64,000 nt of DNA from contig JBNKCR010000007.1 of the NCBI GenBank assembly GCA_050287845.1, forward strand, positions 30,930-94,929, given 5' to 3'. The DNA is from Polyangia bacterium (GTDB lineage: Bacteria > Myxococcota_A > Polyangia > JAAYKL01). Shown one piece after another: positions 1 to 10,257 of the stretch (positions are counted from its first letter, which is position 1; the number at the start of each line of letters is the position of its first letter). The notes under the pieces are model-generated. The model saw only the letters and a program-made list of their open reading frames with translations. It was not told the DNA's origin and made no database searches. Both the position numbers and the translations under genes were made by a program.

Positions 1-1
1 C

Positions 2-466
2 TTTGTTTATGGTGGCCCCTATGCCGATGCCGGGCTCACCGGCCGAAAAATTATCGTGGACACCTACGGGGGAATGGGGGCTCACGGTGGCGGCGCTTTT
101 TCGGGAAAAGACCCGTCGAAAGTGGATCGTTCCGCTGCATATTACGCCCGCTACCTTGCCAAAAACATCGTTGCAGCAAAACTGGCATCCAGATGTCAGG
201 TGCAGTTGGCATACGCCATCGGTGTTGCACAGCCGGTTTCCGTTCTCGTGCAGACGTTTGGCACTGGTAAAGTGGACGAGGCGGAACTGGCCGCGTATCT
301 CATGAAGAATTTTGACATGCGTCCCGCTGCAATTATCGAGCAACTTGATCTGCTCAAACCCGGATACATCGATACCGCCGCCTATGGCCATTTCGGCAGA
401 AAAGGCAAGCGCTTCACCTGGGAAAAAACCGATCGCGCCAACGAACTGAAAGCCGCACTGCTCTAG
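2..466 (+). CDS. metK: S-adenosylmethionine synthetase, 3' part (truncated by window edge)
   Basis: Frame from nt 2 reads [49 protein letters not shown], the MetK signatures. Confidence 0.98.
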   Translation, partial: FVYGGPYADAGLTGRKIIVDTYGGMGAHGGGAFSGKDPSKVDRSAAYYARYLAKNIVAAKLASRCQVQLAYAIGVAQPVSVLVQTFGTGKVDEAELAAYLMKNFDMRPAAIIEQLDLLKPGYIDTAAYGHFGRKGKRFTWEKTDRANELKAALL

Positions 467-677
467 ACCGAATCAATATTCCGAAGCCCTTCATCCATTC
501 CCTTCTGCCCCCTTTTTTTCCCAGATGTCTGTTGCATTCCATTGAGCCCTCCAGTTTCCGGTAATGTTACGTGAAATCGTATGGTTCGATTCCATGAACA
601 TTTCTTTGCACATCTACGGTCGACGTCGTAAAATCCAAAAAAAGCGCTATATTTCGCGTACGCATAAGGGAGTCGAT

Positions 678-3600
678 ATGAACATTAATTGTCCAGGGTG
701 TAACTTCGAATACAAGCTTGATGAACGCAGAATTCCAGCCTCCGGGCAGAAAATGCGGTGCCCGAAATGCAGCGCGTCCTTTAAGGTGACCAAAGAAGGC
801 ATCATCGCTGATACTGCATCTGCCGAACCACTGAGGAAAGCCTCCACCGGTATGCCACCTGTACTCGGGAATTCGAAGTTCAACCCCGGCAAAAGCGGCG
901 ACATTGACGACCCATTTGGCGATACCAGTCCAACCTCTGGCTCGAACAGCGACAGCTGGGGAGATACATTCGACGAGCGCCCGGACATCGGCTCCCCGAC
1001 GGATCCGTTTGGCGACCCTTTTGCGTCGGCCCGAAAAGAAAAAGGCAACCGCCCCGGCAACCCAGCCGCTTCTGAACTGCCCAGACCGCTGTCCAGCACC
1101 GACCTGCCCCAAATCGCGATGCCATCTGAATTGCCCAGGCCCATATTCATTTCGAATTTGCCGTCACCTGCCGATCAGATTGACATTCCGGACCGCCCTG
1201 CTGCAGGGATTTCAGAACCCGGTGCCGCCGATCCCTTTGGCGACATCGGCATCCCCGACGGAAATGATCCATTCGGTGAACTGGACAATATTTCCATCGG
1301 CCCCGAGACAACTCATTCTTCGGAAAATGAACCGGTTCATGAGGATGCAGACATCCACATGGACGATCCATTCGGCGCCATGCCAATATCTCCGTCAGTC
1401 CCACCTTCCCGACCATCCGTCGGGGAACCGGCAGACGATGCCCCCTCGTTCGCCCCTTCAGCCATTCCATCCATTGAACCGGATGATTTTGATATTCCCT
1501 CGCCAGCGGACCTGACCAGTATTCCGCCGGAACCAATCGCCTCTGCCAGACATTCCGTCTCCGTGAGCACAGGAAGCAGTCTGGATGATTTTGGCAACAT
1601 CGATTTGCAGGGGGACATTACCGACAGTATTCCACCGGGAGCACGTCTGTCCGCTAATCCGACAGCTGGAACCACCGATTTTGGACAGTTGGATCCGGAA
1701 TTCGGACAGCAGGATGAGTCGGGGGAATTCGACGCGTTTCCGGTTCAGGAAGAAAATGACAATAGGCTGGCTGCTGCACCCGTGTCAGATGATTTGGATT
1801 TGGTGGACGCCCCGATTCGAAGTTCCCTCAATGAGGACGCATTTGGCGGCTTACCACAATCCACCGTCGCCGGTGACCGAACCAAAGAAAAAGCCGAACA
1901 GAAAGGAGCCGGCGCATTTGAGGGACGTCGCAGGTATGAGCGGCAGAGCCGAAAAACCAAAATTATCCTCATGCTTATATTACTGCTGATTGCCATTGTC
2001 GGGGGCTCACTGCATTTTACCCCCTACGGTGTGTTTGGCGTGAATGCGCTGGTCTCGCTGATGCCGGACGCCACTGCGGATGAGCGGGTGAAACGCATTT
2101 TCGCAAGTACTGTGAACGCCCTCGACAAAGATACCTTTTATGATGTCAACAGAAGCATCACGGAACTGACGCAAGCCAGAGCGGAACTGGACCAGAATGA
2201 GGACCTGCGGATTATCGGTGTATATGTTCACAGCTGGCATCAGCTTCGATTCGGCATTTCCGACGCACAGAACGCCCACGAAAAGGCAGCTGTATCCCTG
2301 CTTGGAAACATTAAACTGGCGGAGTCGCAGTCGCCGTACGCCGGCATTGCAACTTATACCAGGCAGATTCTCTCGGACAAAAATGATGTGGTCATCAAAG
2401 CGCTCTCCTCAAAACCCAACTTGTCCTCCAATGAAGCAGCGCTTCTCGTTATGGCCCATCTGAAACAGAACAATCCGCAGGGCGCACTGGACGCAGTCCG
2501 CAAAGGAATTCGCAAGCGGGTCACCCCGAGATTCGAGTATCTGAAATCTATGGCCCTGTGGCGATTGAAAAAAATGGCAGAGTGCACAAAGACACTCACG
2601 TCGCTCATAAATTCGGAGCCAAATCACTTTGATGCGCGACTCCTCCTGGCCGAACTGATGGTGCGGGAAAAAGAAAAGGATTCGCAGAAGGTGACGGAGT
2701 TGCTGACCCCCATCCATGAGTCCGACGAACACCACGCCAACAGCGCACAGAAAGCTTTCGTGCATGCCCTGATGGGAAAGATGCTGCTGCAGCGCCGAAA
2801 GCTTGACGAAGCTAAAAATGAATTCACCAAAGCCCGATCGCTGAATCCCAAAGATACCCTTATGCTGAACGGCATTGGAACACTGGCACTGATGAGCGGC
2901 GACTTACCCGGCGCGGCCACATCGTTCAGAGCAGCGATGCGGGAGGATCCGGACAATACGGAAGCCACGCTGGGGGCGGCAGCCACGTTGATTCAGCAGG
3001 GGAACGATGAGGAAGCCAAAGCGCTGGTTTCTCCCATCCTTCAGAACGATCCGGAGAACCCGGTCGCCCATTATCTGTCCGGTGTTCTGGCCCAGGGAAT
3101 TGAACAGTACGAACCGGCGCTGTCGGAGTACAAAAAAGCCATCGAGCTGGATAATGAGTACATCGAAGCCTACGTGGCCATGGCCACGGTATATATGGCT
3201 CTGAAGCAGAACAGGGAAGCCATGAAAACCCTGGACGACGCAGCGAAGGCAGTGCCTGGCTCCGCACTTATCAAACTGACCCTGGCCGATAGTCACGCGG
3301 AGAACCAGGATTACGCGTCCGCTGTTGTCAATTTGAACGAAGCGCTGGAAATAGAGCCGGACAACCCGATTATTCACTTCAAGATGGCACAGATGTACCG
3401 AAAAATGGAAGAACTTGAAGATGCGCAGAATGCCCTCGACGAGGTTGCCCGTATTGACCCGGCGTACCCGGGCCTGTCGGTGGAGCAGGGCTATCTGATG
3501 GAACTTTCAGGAAAAATTTCCGATGCGCTGCGGACTTATGAAGCCGCTCTCAAAAAGAACCCGGATGATCTGTCTGCCAAAACCCGCGTGGCAGCGGCAT

Positions 3601-4355
3601 CGATTTATCAGGGGAATCTCGATCGGGCCAAGGAACTGCTGGTGGATGTGCTGAATGAAAACGCAGATTCTCCGGATGGTAACTTCTATATGGGAGAAAT
3701 ATTCAGACTGGAGCGCAGCGGTCCGGATGCGGTCCCCTATCTGAAGCGGGCGACAGAGCTTGATCCGGCCAATCCACTGTATTTTGTGCGCTATGGTGCT
3801 GTGCTCTTCATGATTCACGATATGGGCAAAGCGGTGCAACAGTTCGAAAAAGCCATGGCGCTCGATCCGAATATGGCGGAAACCTATATTCGAATCGGCG
3901 AGCTGAAACTGCGTTCCGGCTCCATCAAGGCAGCCATAGAGCAATTCACCAGGGCACTGGAACTGAATCCGGAAATTGAAAACGCCAATATCTTTATCGG
4001 ACAGGCGTACGAAGAAATGGCGGATCTGAAATCCGCGTCCACGTATTACCAGAAGGAAACAAAGCAGTTTCCGAATAATCCGGAGGGATACTATCGCCTT
4101 GGCAAAGTATTTCTTCAGACCAAAGGAAATCAGAGCGGCATCGCACCGTTGAGGACGGCGATTCGATTGGCCGAAGCCCGGAATCCCGCCCCCTATTGGT
4201 TGCCGGATGCACTGTACTACCTTGGAATTTCTCAAAAATCCACCAACGACCGTTCCGGCGCCATCGCTTCGTTCAGGAAATATTTGGAAATTGCGCCGGA
4301 AGATGCTATCGACCGCGCAGAGGTTAAGGCGTCACTCGATAGCTTGCTGTACTGA
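678..4355 (+). CDS. Zinc-ribbon + low-complexity linker + single TM + multi-TPR protein
   Basis: N-terminal CPGC..CPKC finger (MJ0042-type), acidic/Pro-rich region, TM IILMLILLLIAIVGG, then many TPR repeats; ATG 678 follows AAGGGAG, preferred over 564. Confidence 0.85.
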   Translation: MNINCPGCNFEYKLDERRIPASGQKMRCPKCSASFKVTKEGIIADTASAEPLRKASTGMPPVLGNSKFNPGKSGDIDDPFGDTSPTSGSNSDSWGDTFDERPDIGSPTDPFGDPFASARKEKGNRPGNPAASELPRPLSSTDLPQIAMPSELPRPIFISNLPSPADQIDIPDRPAAGISEPGAADPFGDIGIPDGNDPFGELDNISIGPETTHSSENEPVHEDADIHMDDPFGAMPISPSVPPSRPSVGEPADDAPSFAPSAIPSIEPDDFDIPSPADLTSIPPEPIASARHSVSVSTGSSLDDFGNIDLQGDITDSIPPGARLSANPTAGTTDFGQLDPEFGQQDESGEFDAFPVQEENDNRLAAAPVSDDLDLVDAPIRSSLNEDAFGGLPQSTVAGDRTKEKAEQKGAGAFEGRRRYERQSRKTKIILMLILLLIAIVGGSLHFTPYGVFGVNALVSLMPDATADERVKRIFASTVNALDKDTFYDVNRSITELTQARAELDQNEDLRIIGVYVHSWHQLRFGISDAQNAHEKAAVSLLGNIKLAESQSPYAGIATYTRQILSDKNDVVIKALSSKPNLSSNEAALLVMAHLKQNNPQGALDAVRKGIRKRVTPRFEYLKSMALWRLKKMAECTKTLTSLINSEPNHFDARLLLAELMVREKEKDSQKVTELLTPIHESDEHHANSAQKAFVHALMGKMLLQRRKLDEAKNEFTKARSLNPKDTLMLNGIGTLALMSGDLPGAATSFRAAMREDPDNTEATLGAAATLIQQGNDEEAKALVSPILQNDPENPVAHYLSGVLAQGIEQYEPALSEYKKAIELDNEYIEAYVAMATVYMALKQNREAMKTLDDAAKAVPGSALIKLTLADSHAENQDYASAVVNLNEALEIEPDNPIIHFKMAQMYRKMEELEDAQNALDEVARIDPAYPGLSVEQGYLMELSGKISDALRTYEAALKKNPDDLSAKTRVAAASIYQGNLDRAKELLVDVLNENADSPDGNFYMGEIFRLERSGPDAVPYLKRATELDPANPLYFVRYGAVLFMIHDMGKAVQQFEKAMALDPNMAETYIRIGELKLRSGSIKAAIEQFTRALELNPEIENANIFIGQAYEEMADLKSASTYYQKETKQFPNNPEGYYRLGKVFLQTKGNQSGIAPLRTAIRLAEARNPAPYWLPDALYYLGISQKSTNDRSGAIASFRKYLEIAPEDAIDRAEVKASLDSLLY

Positions 4356-4401
4356 CGCATCGTATTTTTTTCGACAAATCGAAAATTATAAGGAAGCTGA
4401 C

Positions 4402-5166
4402 ATGAATACGGAAATGAAACTTCACCTTGCCCGATATATGAAGTATCTGGATGAAGAAAAAAATGTGCTGGTTGTCATCGGCAACCTGGAAGAAATCCTT
4501 ATCAGTCAGCATCTGTATGAACAGCATCATGGTATCTCATCGGACAATAGCGACACCCTGAACCGATTGCTCAATGCCTGCGCACTGGCTGCCGCCAGTC
4601 TCTCTGAAAAAGAATCATGGGGCTGGACACTGACCCTCCCCGGTTCCGCCAACGGCTATTTTGTAGGTGTCGAACCGGAAGGCATGATTTGCGCGCGGAC
4701 GAAATCCGCCGATTCGAGAATGGCCAAAGCGTACCTCCAGCGCCAGACCCGAAAGGGGCCACTGATGCAGAGTCATTTCGAACCGGCGACCGATTGTCCG
4801 GTAAAAACGATTACCCAGTACTTCAACGAAGTGGTTCAGACAGAAACCCGGATGGTTGTCAGCGACAGAACCGGCATCCTGGTGCAGGCATTGCCCGATT
4901 CCCGATTTTCATCGTTGAAGGCACTGACTGACGACCAGGTGCACGATATGTACGTGGAGATGCAGCAAAAAGAAGAACTGAAGACCATGGAAGAGTATCT
5001 GGTTTTTTATGAGTGCCGCTGTGATGAGGAGATGATCTACAAAATGGTGGAGAATCTGCCCGACCACCAGAAAGACACCCTTTTTGAGGATCATCTCGTG
5101 ATTGAGATTCAATGCCCCAGATGCGGCAGGCAATATACGGCGAGCAGGAACAATCGTCCCAACTGA
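4402..5166 (+). CDS. hslO: Hsp33-family redox-regulated chaperone (divergent)
   Basis: C-terminal ECRC...QCPRC zinc motif and GILVQALP segment; ATG 4402 after AAGGAAG. Confidence 0.72.
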   Translation: MNTEMKLHLARYMKYLDEEKNVLVVIGNLEEILISQHLYEQHHGISSDNSDTLNRLLNACALAAASLSEKESWGWTLTLPGSANGYFVGVEPEGMICARTKSADSRMAKAYLQRQTRKGPLMQSHFEPATDCPVKTITQYFNEVVQTETRMVVSDRTGILVQALPDSRFSSLKALTDDQVHDMYVEMQQKEELKTMEEYLVFYECRCDEEMIYKMVENLPDHQKDTLFEDHLVIEIQCPRCGRQYTASRNNRPN

Positions 5167-5189
5167 CCCAGCGGAACTGAAGGTGTCCA

Positions 5190-6035
5190 GTGCGAATCAT
5201 GGAACACAACATCATACTTCATCCGGATTCAGACCGAACCCGCCCGTCTTCCTGCCTCCAGCCCTCAGACGCTGTTTTCAGAATTGCCCTTGCTGGCATT
5301 GGCGTGTGCATCGCCCTGATGGCTTCCCGCGTGAATGGAGCCGATACGCCCTCACCCATGGCGCAGGCCTTCCGAAGCGGTACCGGAAACGCCATTGATG
5401 TGACGCTGGAAACCGAGGAGAAAAACGGTACAACCGTTATGCGGGCAGCCGGTCTGACTCGGGAATGCTATCTGTGTACCCATCAGATGCGACTGGCTTC
5501 GGCCCGGGATTTCGGTGTGACGGTGTTTGCGCATCTTCAGTCCACCGAAGCGGCAAAACTGCAGCTGAGCGGTTTTGCCGATACCCGCGTCACCTGGATA
5601 GATGGCATCGCTGTACCGGGCCATCTGTTGGAACTCCAGGTGATTCCCGGCCCCCACCTGGTGACGGTACACCAGAATGGTGAGACTGGTATACTGAAAC
5701 TGAACCTCGCAGCCGACGGCAGACAGACCCTGTCTCCAACGGATTTTCAATTCCCCCATTTCAGGTCCGGACTGCGGAATGCGGGAATTCTGCTGGCAAC
5801 CCTGGGCGTCATTGCCGCTGCATCGGGCGGCGTTTTATTATATTACGACGGTGGATGCGCAGCGAGCGTTTCGGCAGATGGGGAATGCAGTCCAACCCAT
5901 GAGACCCTTGCGCCGGGAATTGTATTTTCCTCACTGGGCGCCGCCATGGTTGGCGTGGGGATTACCATGCTGATAAAGCGAAGCCGGCTGAAAAAAGAGG
6001 CGAAAAGGCAATTCACGGGGGGGCTGGCGAAATGA
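5190..6035 (+). CDS. Hypothetical membrane protein with possible PEGA-like domain
   Basis: N-terminal hydrophobic segment, WIDG..PGPHLVTV beta motif, two C-terminal TM segments; start uncertain. Confidence 0.55.
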   Translation: MRIMEHNIILHPDSDRTRPSSCLQPSDAVFRIALAGIGVCIALMASRVNGADTPSPMAQAFRSGTGNAIDVTLETEEKNGTTVMRAAGLTRECYLCTHQMRLASARDFGVTVFAHLQSTEAAKLQLSGFADTRVTWIDGIAVPGHLLELQVIPGPHLVTVHQNGETGILKLNLAADGRQTLSPTDFQFPHFRSGLRNAGILLATLGVIAAASGGVLLYYDGGCAASVSADGECSPTHETLAPGIVFSSLGAAMVGVGITMLIKRSRLKKEAKRQFTGGLAK

Positions 6036-7366
6036 CCCCTCCACTTTCACGATTCCTCCTGCAAGTGACTCTGATTCTTTTACTGGTGGAGATGTCCGTC
6101 ACGGCCTTCGCCGGTCTACCCCCGCTGGTGATTGTAGCCCATGATCAACGGATTTCGAATGACACGCTCCGGACTGTTGAGAAGCGCATGTCTTCGATGT
6201 ATCCGGAGATACCGCTGTATAAATTTCCGAACAATATTGTTTTCAGGAACGTGTCCGAAGAAACCCTCACCCAGTTCCGTCATTCCCTCAAAGTCGCGAA
6301 AGATTTATTTTATGACGGCGAATTCGATGCTTCCCTGAAGGCGCTGACACTCCTGCATGATCAGCTTGGGGGACACATGCCATCGACCACGTTCTCGCAT
6401 ACGTTGAGAGAACTGGACCGGGATACACTGCTCTATGCCGCCATGGCCGAAAGGGAACTGAATACCGGAGGCATTTATACCGAACACCTGAATACCGCTG
6501 CGGCCCGCTATGGATCAATCACTTTCAACAGCGGCGAGTTTCCTCCGTGGCTTCGCGCCGAATACCAGTTTGCCATTGAAAAGCACGCACCGAGGGAATA
6601 TCGGGTTCAAGTGCCGACCGATAGTGGATGTCAGACCGAAATCGACGGTAAGGCAGCACCAGAGACAGACAACAATGGTCGCGTGCCGATTCCCGCCGGT
6701 ATGCACACCTTTCAGCTTCGCTGCCAATCCGGCCATCGAAGCTTCATGTCCTGGCTGGAAGTGGAGGCACAATTGACGGAGTGGCATCCTGTGGATGTGG
6801 AGGGATACCATATCCGTACGACAGACCATTCCATTGTGCTGACGCCGGAGACCACTTTTCAAACGGAACCGGGACAGCTGGAAACCACCCTGCGTGAGAT
6901 AATGCCGGTTCTGAACACAGATAAACTGCTGCTGCTGCAATTGGATACACCGGAAAACACCATCGGGCTGCTGGATGTGCACCGTGGCGTTCAATCCCGA
7001 ATTTCTGCCGGCAGTGGTGTGTTGAATGACCGGCAAATCGGTTTTATTCTGGACAAGCTGCTGAATCGCTCCGATTCCACTCAGCCATCCGACGCGACGG
7101 GGATCACATCTCCTGTACGGCGTCGTTCCTGGATAAAACGGCCGATTCCGTGGATTCTGATTTCCAGCGGAGTCGCCCTGTTGACCACAGGACTGATTCT
7201 CGGTCAGAAATACGGCCGTCCCTCCCCCCAGGTCCCATGGGTGACCGCCATGCAAATCTCCGGTGCTGCCCTCACCGGGCTGGGCATCGGATTTTTCTTT
7301 GTGCCGGACTGGGAGATATCGAGAAGCGGGCACGCCCTCGGAATTCATGGGGCAGTATCGTTTTAA
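6032..7366 (+). CDS. Hypothetical exported/membrane protein with possible PEGA-like domain
   Basis: Signal peptide, EIDG..PAGMHTFQL motif, C-terminal hydrophobic segments ending in Phe; ATGA overlap with upstream gene. Confidence 0.6.
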   Translation: MTPPLSRFLLQVTLILLLVEMSVTAFAGLPPLVIVAHDQRISNDTLRTVEKRMSSMYPEIPLYKFPNNIVFRNVSEETLTQFRHSLKVAKDLFYDGEFDASLKALTLLHDQLGGHMPSTTFSHTLRELDRDTLLYAAMAERELNTGGIYTEHLNTAAARYGSITFNSGEFPPWLRAEYQFAIEKHAPREYRVQVPTDSGCQTEIDGKAAPETDNNGRVPIPAGMHTFQLRCQSGHRSFMSWLEVEAQLTEWHPVDVEGYHIRTTDHSIVLTPETTFQTEPGQLETTLREIMPVLNTDKLLLLQLDTPENTIGLLDVHRGVQSRISAGSGVLNDRQIGFILDKLLNRSDSTQPSDATGITSPVRRRSWIKRPIPWILISSGVALLTTGLILGQKYGRPSPQVPWVTAMQISGAALTGLGIGFFFVPDWEISRSGHALGIHGAVSF

Positions 7367-7551
7367 CCCCACGCAATGATTCGGCCTTGCGGCATTCAGT
7401 TGGCCGTTGAATATTCATGGAATAATAATAGAATACATTGATTGTTCACCCGGGGATCAGTACGATGGCGTCGGCGCTGGTCACCAGTCCGGGGATATTG
7501 GGGGAAGAAAGTTGCCCGGTAAACAGGAATTAAAGGTTTTACAGGACCCGA

Positions 7552-8472
7552 ATGAAAAATATGACACAATACCTCACTGCGTGTCTGATGATCGCTTCAC
7601 TGGCAGCTGCCTGCGAAGTCACCAGAAGCGAAAATAACGCCGCGAAAGGTGGCGAAACAACCGATACCGGCGAAGTTGAACAGCTCGACGATTCGCTGGT
7701 AAATCTGTTTGGTTCATTGGAAAAGCAAGCCATCGAAGCGCTCGATGCGGAAGAGCTGGTGCGCGCCCGGCAACTGACGGAAAAGGGGCTGCACAGAACC
7801 CAGAAAGCGGGACGGAAGTACGAGTTATACGAAGCCCGGTTTTCTCTGCTCAAAGGTAAGTTGGAGCAAATCAAGGGAAGTACCGGTGAGGCCCGACGTT
7901 TCTTCGGTGATGCGATGGCGGTTTTTCGGATTCGAAAAAATATCCCGGGGACGTTCGAAGTGCGGTTGGCCCAGGCGACGCTCGAAGAAGCCGGTGGCGA
8001 TTTCGCCGCTGCCCAGCGGGAACTGGACGAAGCTGAAAAACTGCTTTCACAGATTGAATCCGCCAATCTGAAAGTGGAATTCACATTCAAGCAGGCCGAA
8101 CTGTTTGCCAGTCAGATGAAACAAAAGGAAGCGGCCCGTCTGTTTCTCGACGCCGCCGAACAGTTTCACGCCAACAAGAACGCGTCCAGGGAGGCCGATG
8201 CGTATGTGGCGCTGGCAACATGCGAAGAAGCCCTTGAAAAGCCACAGGAATCTAAAAAAAGTCTGAACAAGGCATACAAAATATACCTGGCGGCCAAAGA
8301 TAAGGAAGGCGCCGTGAAGGCATTGCACCGACTGGCGCAGTTTTCGGTGCGCGAAGAAAAATACAAAACCGCCAGAGAGCAATTCAAGCAGGTGGAAGCC
8401 CTCTATCTGCAACTGGGCAGGCAAAGCGACGCCACCAAGGTGAACCAACATATCGCTGCGTTACCGGAATAG
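7552..8472 (+). CDS. TPR-like helical-repeat lipoprotein
   Basis: Lipobox-like LAAAC, then Ala/Leu/Glu/Lys-rich helical repeats. Confidence 0.7.
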   Translation: MKNMTQYLTACLMIASLAAACEVTRSENNAAKGGETTDTGEVEQLDDSLVNLFGSLEKQAIEALDAEELVRARQLTEKGLHRTQKAGRKYELYEARFSLLKGKLEQIKGSTGEARRFFGDAMAVFRIRKNIPGTFEVRLAQATLEEAGGDFAAAQRELDEAEKLLSQIESANLKVEFTFKQAELFASQMKQKEAARLFLDAAEQFHANKNASREADAYVALATCEEALEKPQESKKSLNKAYKIYLAAKDKEGAVKALHRLAQFSVREEKYKTAREQFKQVEALYLQLGRQSDATKVNQHIAALPE

Positions 8473-8478
8473 ACCGTT

Positions 8479-10257
8479 TTGAAGCATTATTTTCTAACCC
8501 TGCTCTCAGCCATCGTTCTGTTTCTCGGAACCGTCGGCGCCACCATGGCCCGGACAGCCACCATCTCCACCTCTGAAATCAAACCCGGCATGAAAGGATA
8601 CGGTCTCACGGTATTCAAAGGCACTATGCCGGAACGCTTTGATGTTGAAGTGGTGGACGTGGTGCCCAATTTCATGTTGCGCCAGAACATCATTCTCATC
8701 CGATGCAGTCACCCGGTTACCGACCAGGCGGGCGTCATTGGCGGCATGAGTGGTTCCCCCATTTACATCAACGGAAAACTGGCCGGAGCGCTGGCGTATG
8801 GCTGGCGGTTCACCAAAGAAGCCCTGGCGGGTGTCACTCCCATTGAAAATATGTACGGCATTACCCGGCGTAAACAGCGGGGCGCCACCGTTCAGAATCC
8901 ATTCCGCAGACTGGCATTGTTCAAAAACACGATTGAATATGCGACAAAGCAGTTCGAAGACACTTTTTTCAATCGGCTGCAACACGACAATCGAAGCAAT
9001 TTTGTCCCGGCCCGTACGCCCCTGTCCCTTTCGGGGTTCAATGGGGAATCGTGGCGGATGATTGAAGACGCCCTGAGCGCATTCGGGATGGAACCCATGC
9101 AGGGAGGAGGCGCAGGCAGCGAGAACGACGGTCCCGAAACCTTTGTGGAAGGGGGAGCCATTGGCGTCCAGATGATTCGGGGAGATCTTTCGGCCACGGG
9201 CATCGGTACGGTCACCACCACATACAATGGTCAGGTGCTGGCGTTCGGCCACCCCATGTTCAACATGGGTGAAAGCTATCTGCCAGTAACGTCTGCCAGA
9301 ATTCATACGGTGATCCCGTCTCTGGCCCGCTCCAACAAATTGGGCTCTCCGCTTCGGGAACTGGGCACCCTGGTACAGGACCGCATTTCCGGCATTTCGG
9401 CCCGAACCGACCTGCGCGCGGACATGATTCCGGTGAAGTTTCGAATCTCCGATAAACGGAGCGGAGTGCAGGAAACCTACAATATCCGCGTGGCCCAACG
9501 GGAGTGGCTCACCGCCCGACTGCTGCACTCGGCCATGGTGCAGTTTGTACAAACCGCCTGCTCGGATGTCACGGATGTGTCCGCCGGCATTGATGCCAGA
9601 ATTAAAGTGGCCGGTCGCCCGGTGCTGCACATTACCGATTCCGGGGTCACCCGAAAAGGACTGCAGGCGCTCATCGGCCGGTTCAGACCGGCGCAGGTAA
9701 TCAACGCCATCCTGGGCAACGGGTTTGAAGATACCCGAATAGAATCGCTGGAGTTCGATGTAACCCTCGAATATGGGTTGTCCTTTTCATATGTGCAGGG
9801 GATGTATCTCACGGCAGAGAACCCGTTGCCCGGCGAAATCGTGAACCTGCACATTCGCCTGGTGGACTACGGTGGCGAAGAACGAATCGTGGCGGTGCCG
9901 GTGGAGATTCCGCCGGATGCCACAAATCAGAAAATCAAAATCACTGCGGGGGGCGGCAGCGATATAGAACCTCCCCAGACGGTGCCGGAGAGTCTAGACG
10001 ACCTGCTTGCCAATATTCAGCGTCTGTACCCGGTCAATGCGCTGATTGTGACTCTGGAGACCCCGGGCGAAAGCCTGAGCGTGCGGGGGCAGCTGCTCGA
10101 AGACTTACCGGCTTCCGCAGCGGCGGCACTTACCCCCCACTTGGGCGACGATACAACGCAGCACTATCGCACCCGTAAAACATATATTATTCCCCAGGAC
10201 ACCATGGCCTCCGGGAAACATTCGATTCAGATAGAAACAGGAAGGCGGACCCAATGA
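8479..10257 (+). CDS. SpoIVB-like peptidase S55 domain protein
   Basis: Signal peptide, IKPGMKGYGLTVFKG, GVIGGMSGSPIYINGKLAGA and VLAFGHP motifs; TTG start. Confidence 0.9.
   Translation: MKHYFLTLLSAIVLFLGTVGATMARTATISTSEIKPGMKGYGLTVFKGTMPERFDVEVVDVVPNFMLRQNIILIRCSHPVTDQAGVIGGMSGSPIYINGKLAGALAYGWRFTKEALAGVTPIENMYGITRRKQRGATVQNPFRRLALFKNTIEYATKQFEDTFFNRLQHDNRSNFVPARTPLSLSGFNGESWRMIEDALSAFGMEPMQGGGAGSENDGPETFVEGGAIGVQMIRGDLSATGIGTVTTTYNGQVLAFGHPMFNMGESYLPVTSARIHTVIPSLARSNKLGSPLRELGTLVQDRISGISARTDLRADMIPVKFRISDKRSGVQETYNIRVAQREWLTARLLHSAMVQFVQTACSDVTDVSAGIDARIKVAGRPVLHITDSGVTRKGLQALIGRFRPAQVINAILGNGFEDTRIESLEFDVTLEYGLSFSYVQGMYLTAENPLPGEIVNLHIRLVDYGGEERIVAVPVEIPPDATNQKIKITAGGGSDIEPPQTVPESLDDLLANIQRLYPVNALIVTLETPGESLSVRGQLLEDLPASAAAALTPHLGDDTTQHYRTRKTYIIPQDTMASGKHSIQIETGRRTQ

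Noticed and set aside
8506..9630. Long antisense or alternate-frame ORFs (also 3507-4235, 6515-7372, 12431-13366, 14342-15271, 26822-27778, 39859-40755, 46444-47307)
   Set aside because: Shadows of better-supported genes on the opposite strand, with no family motifs.
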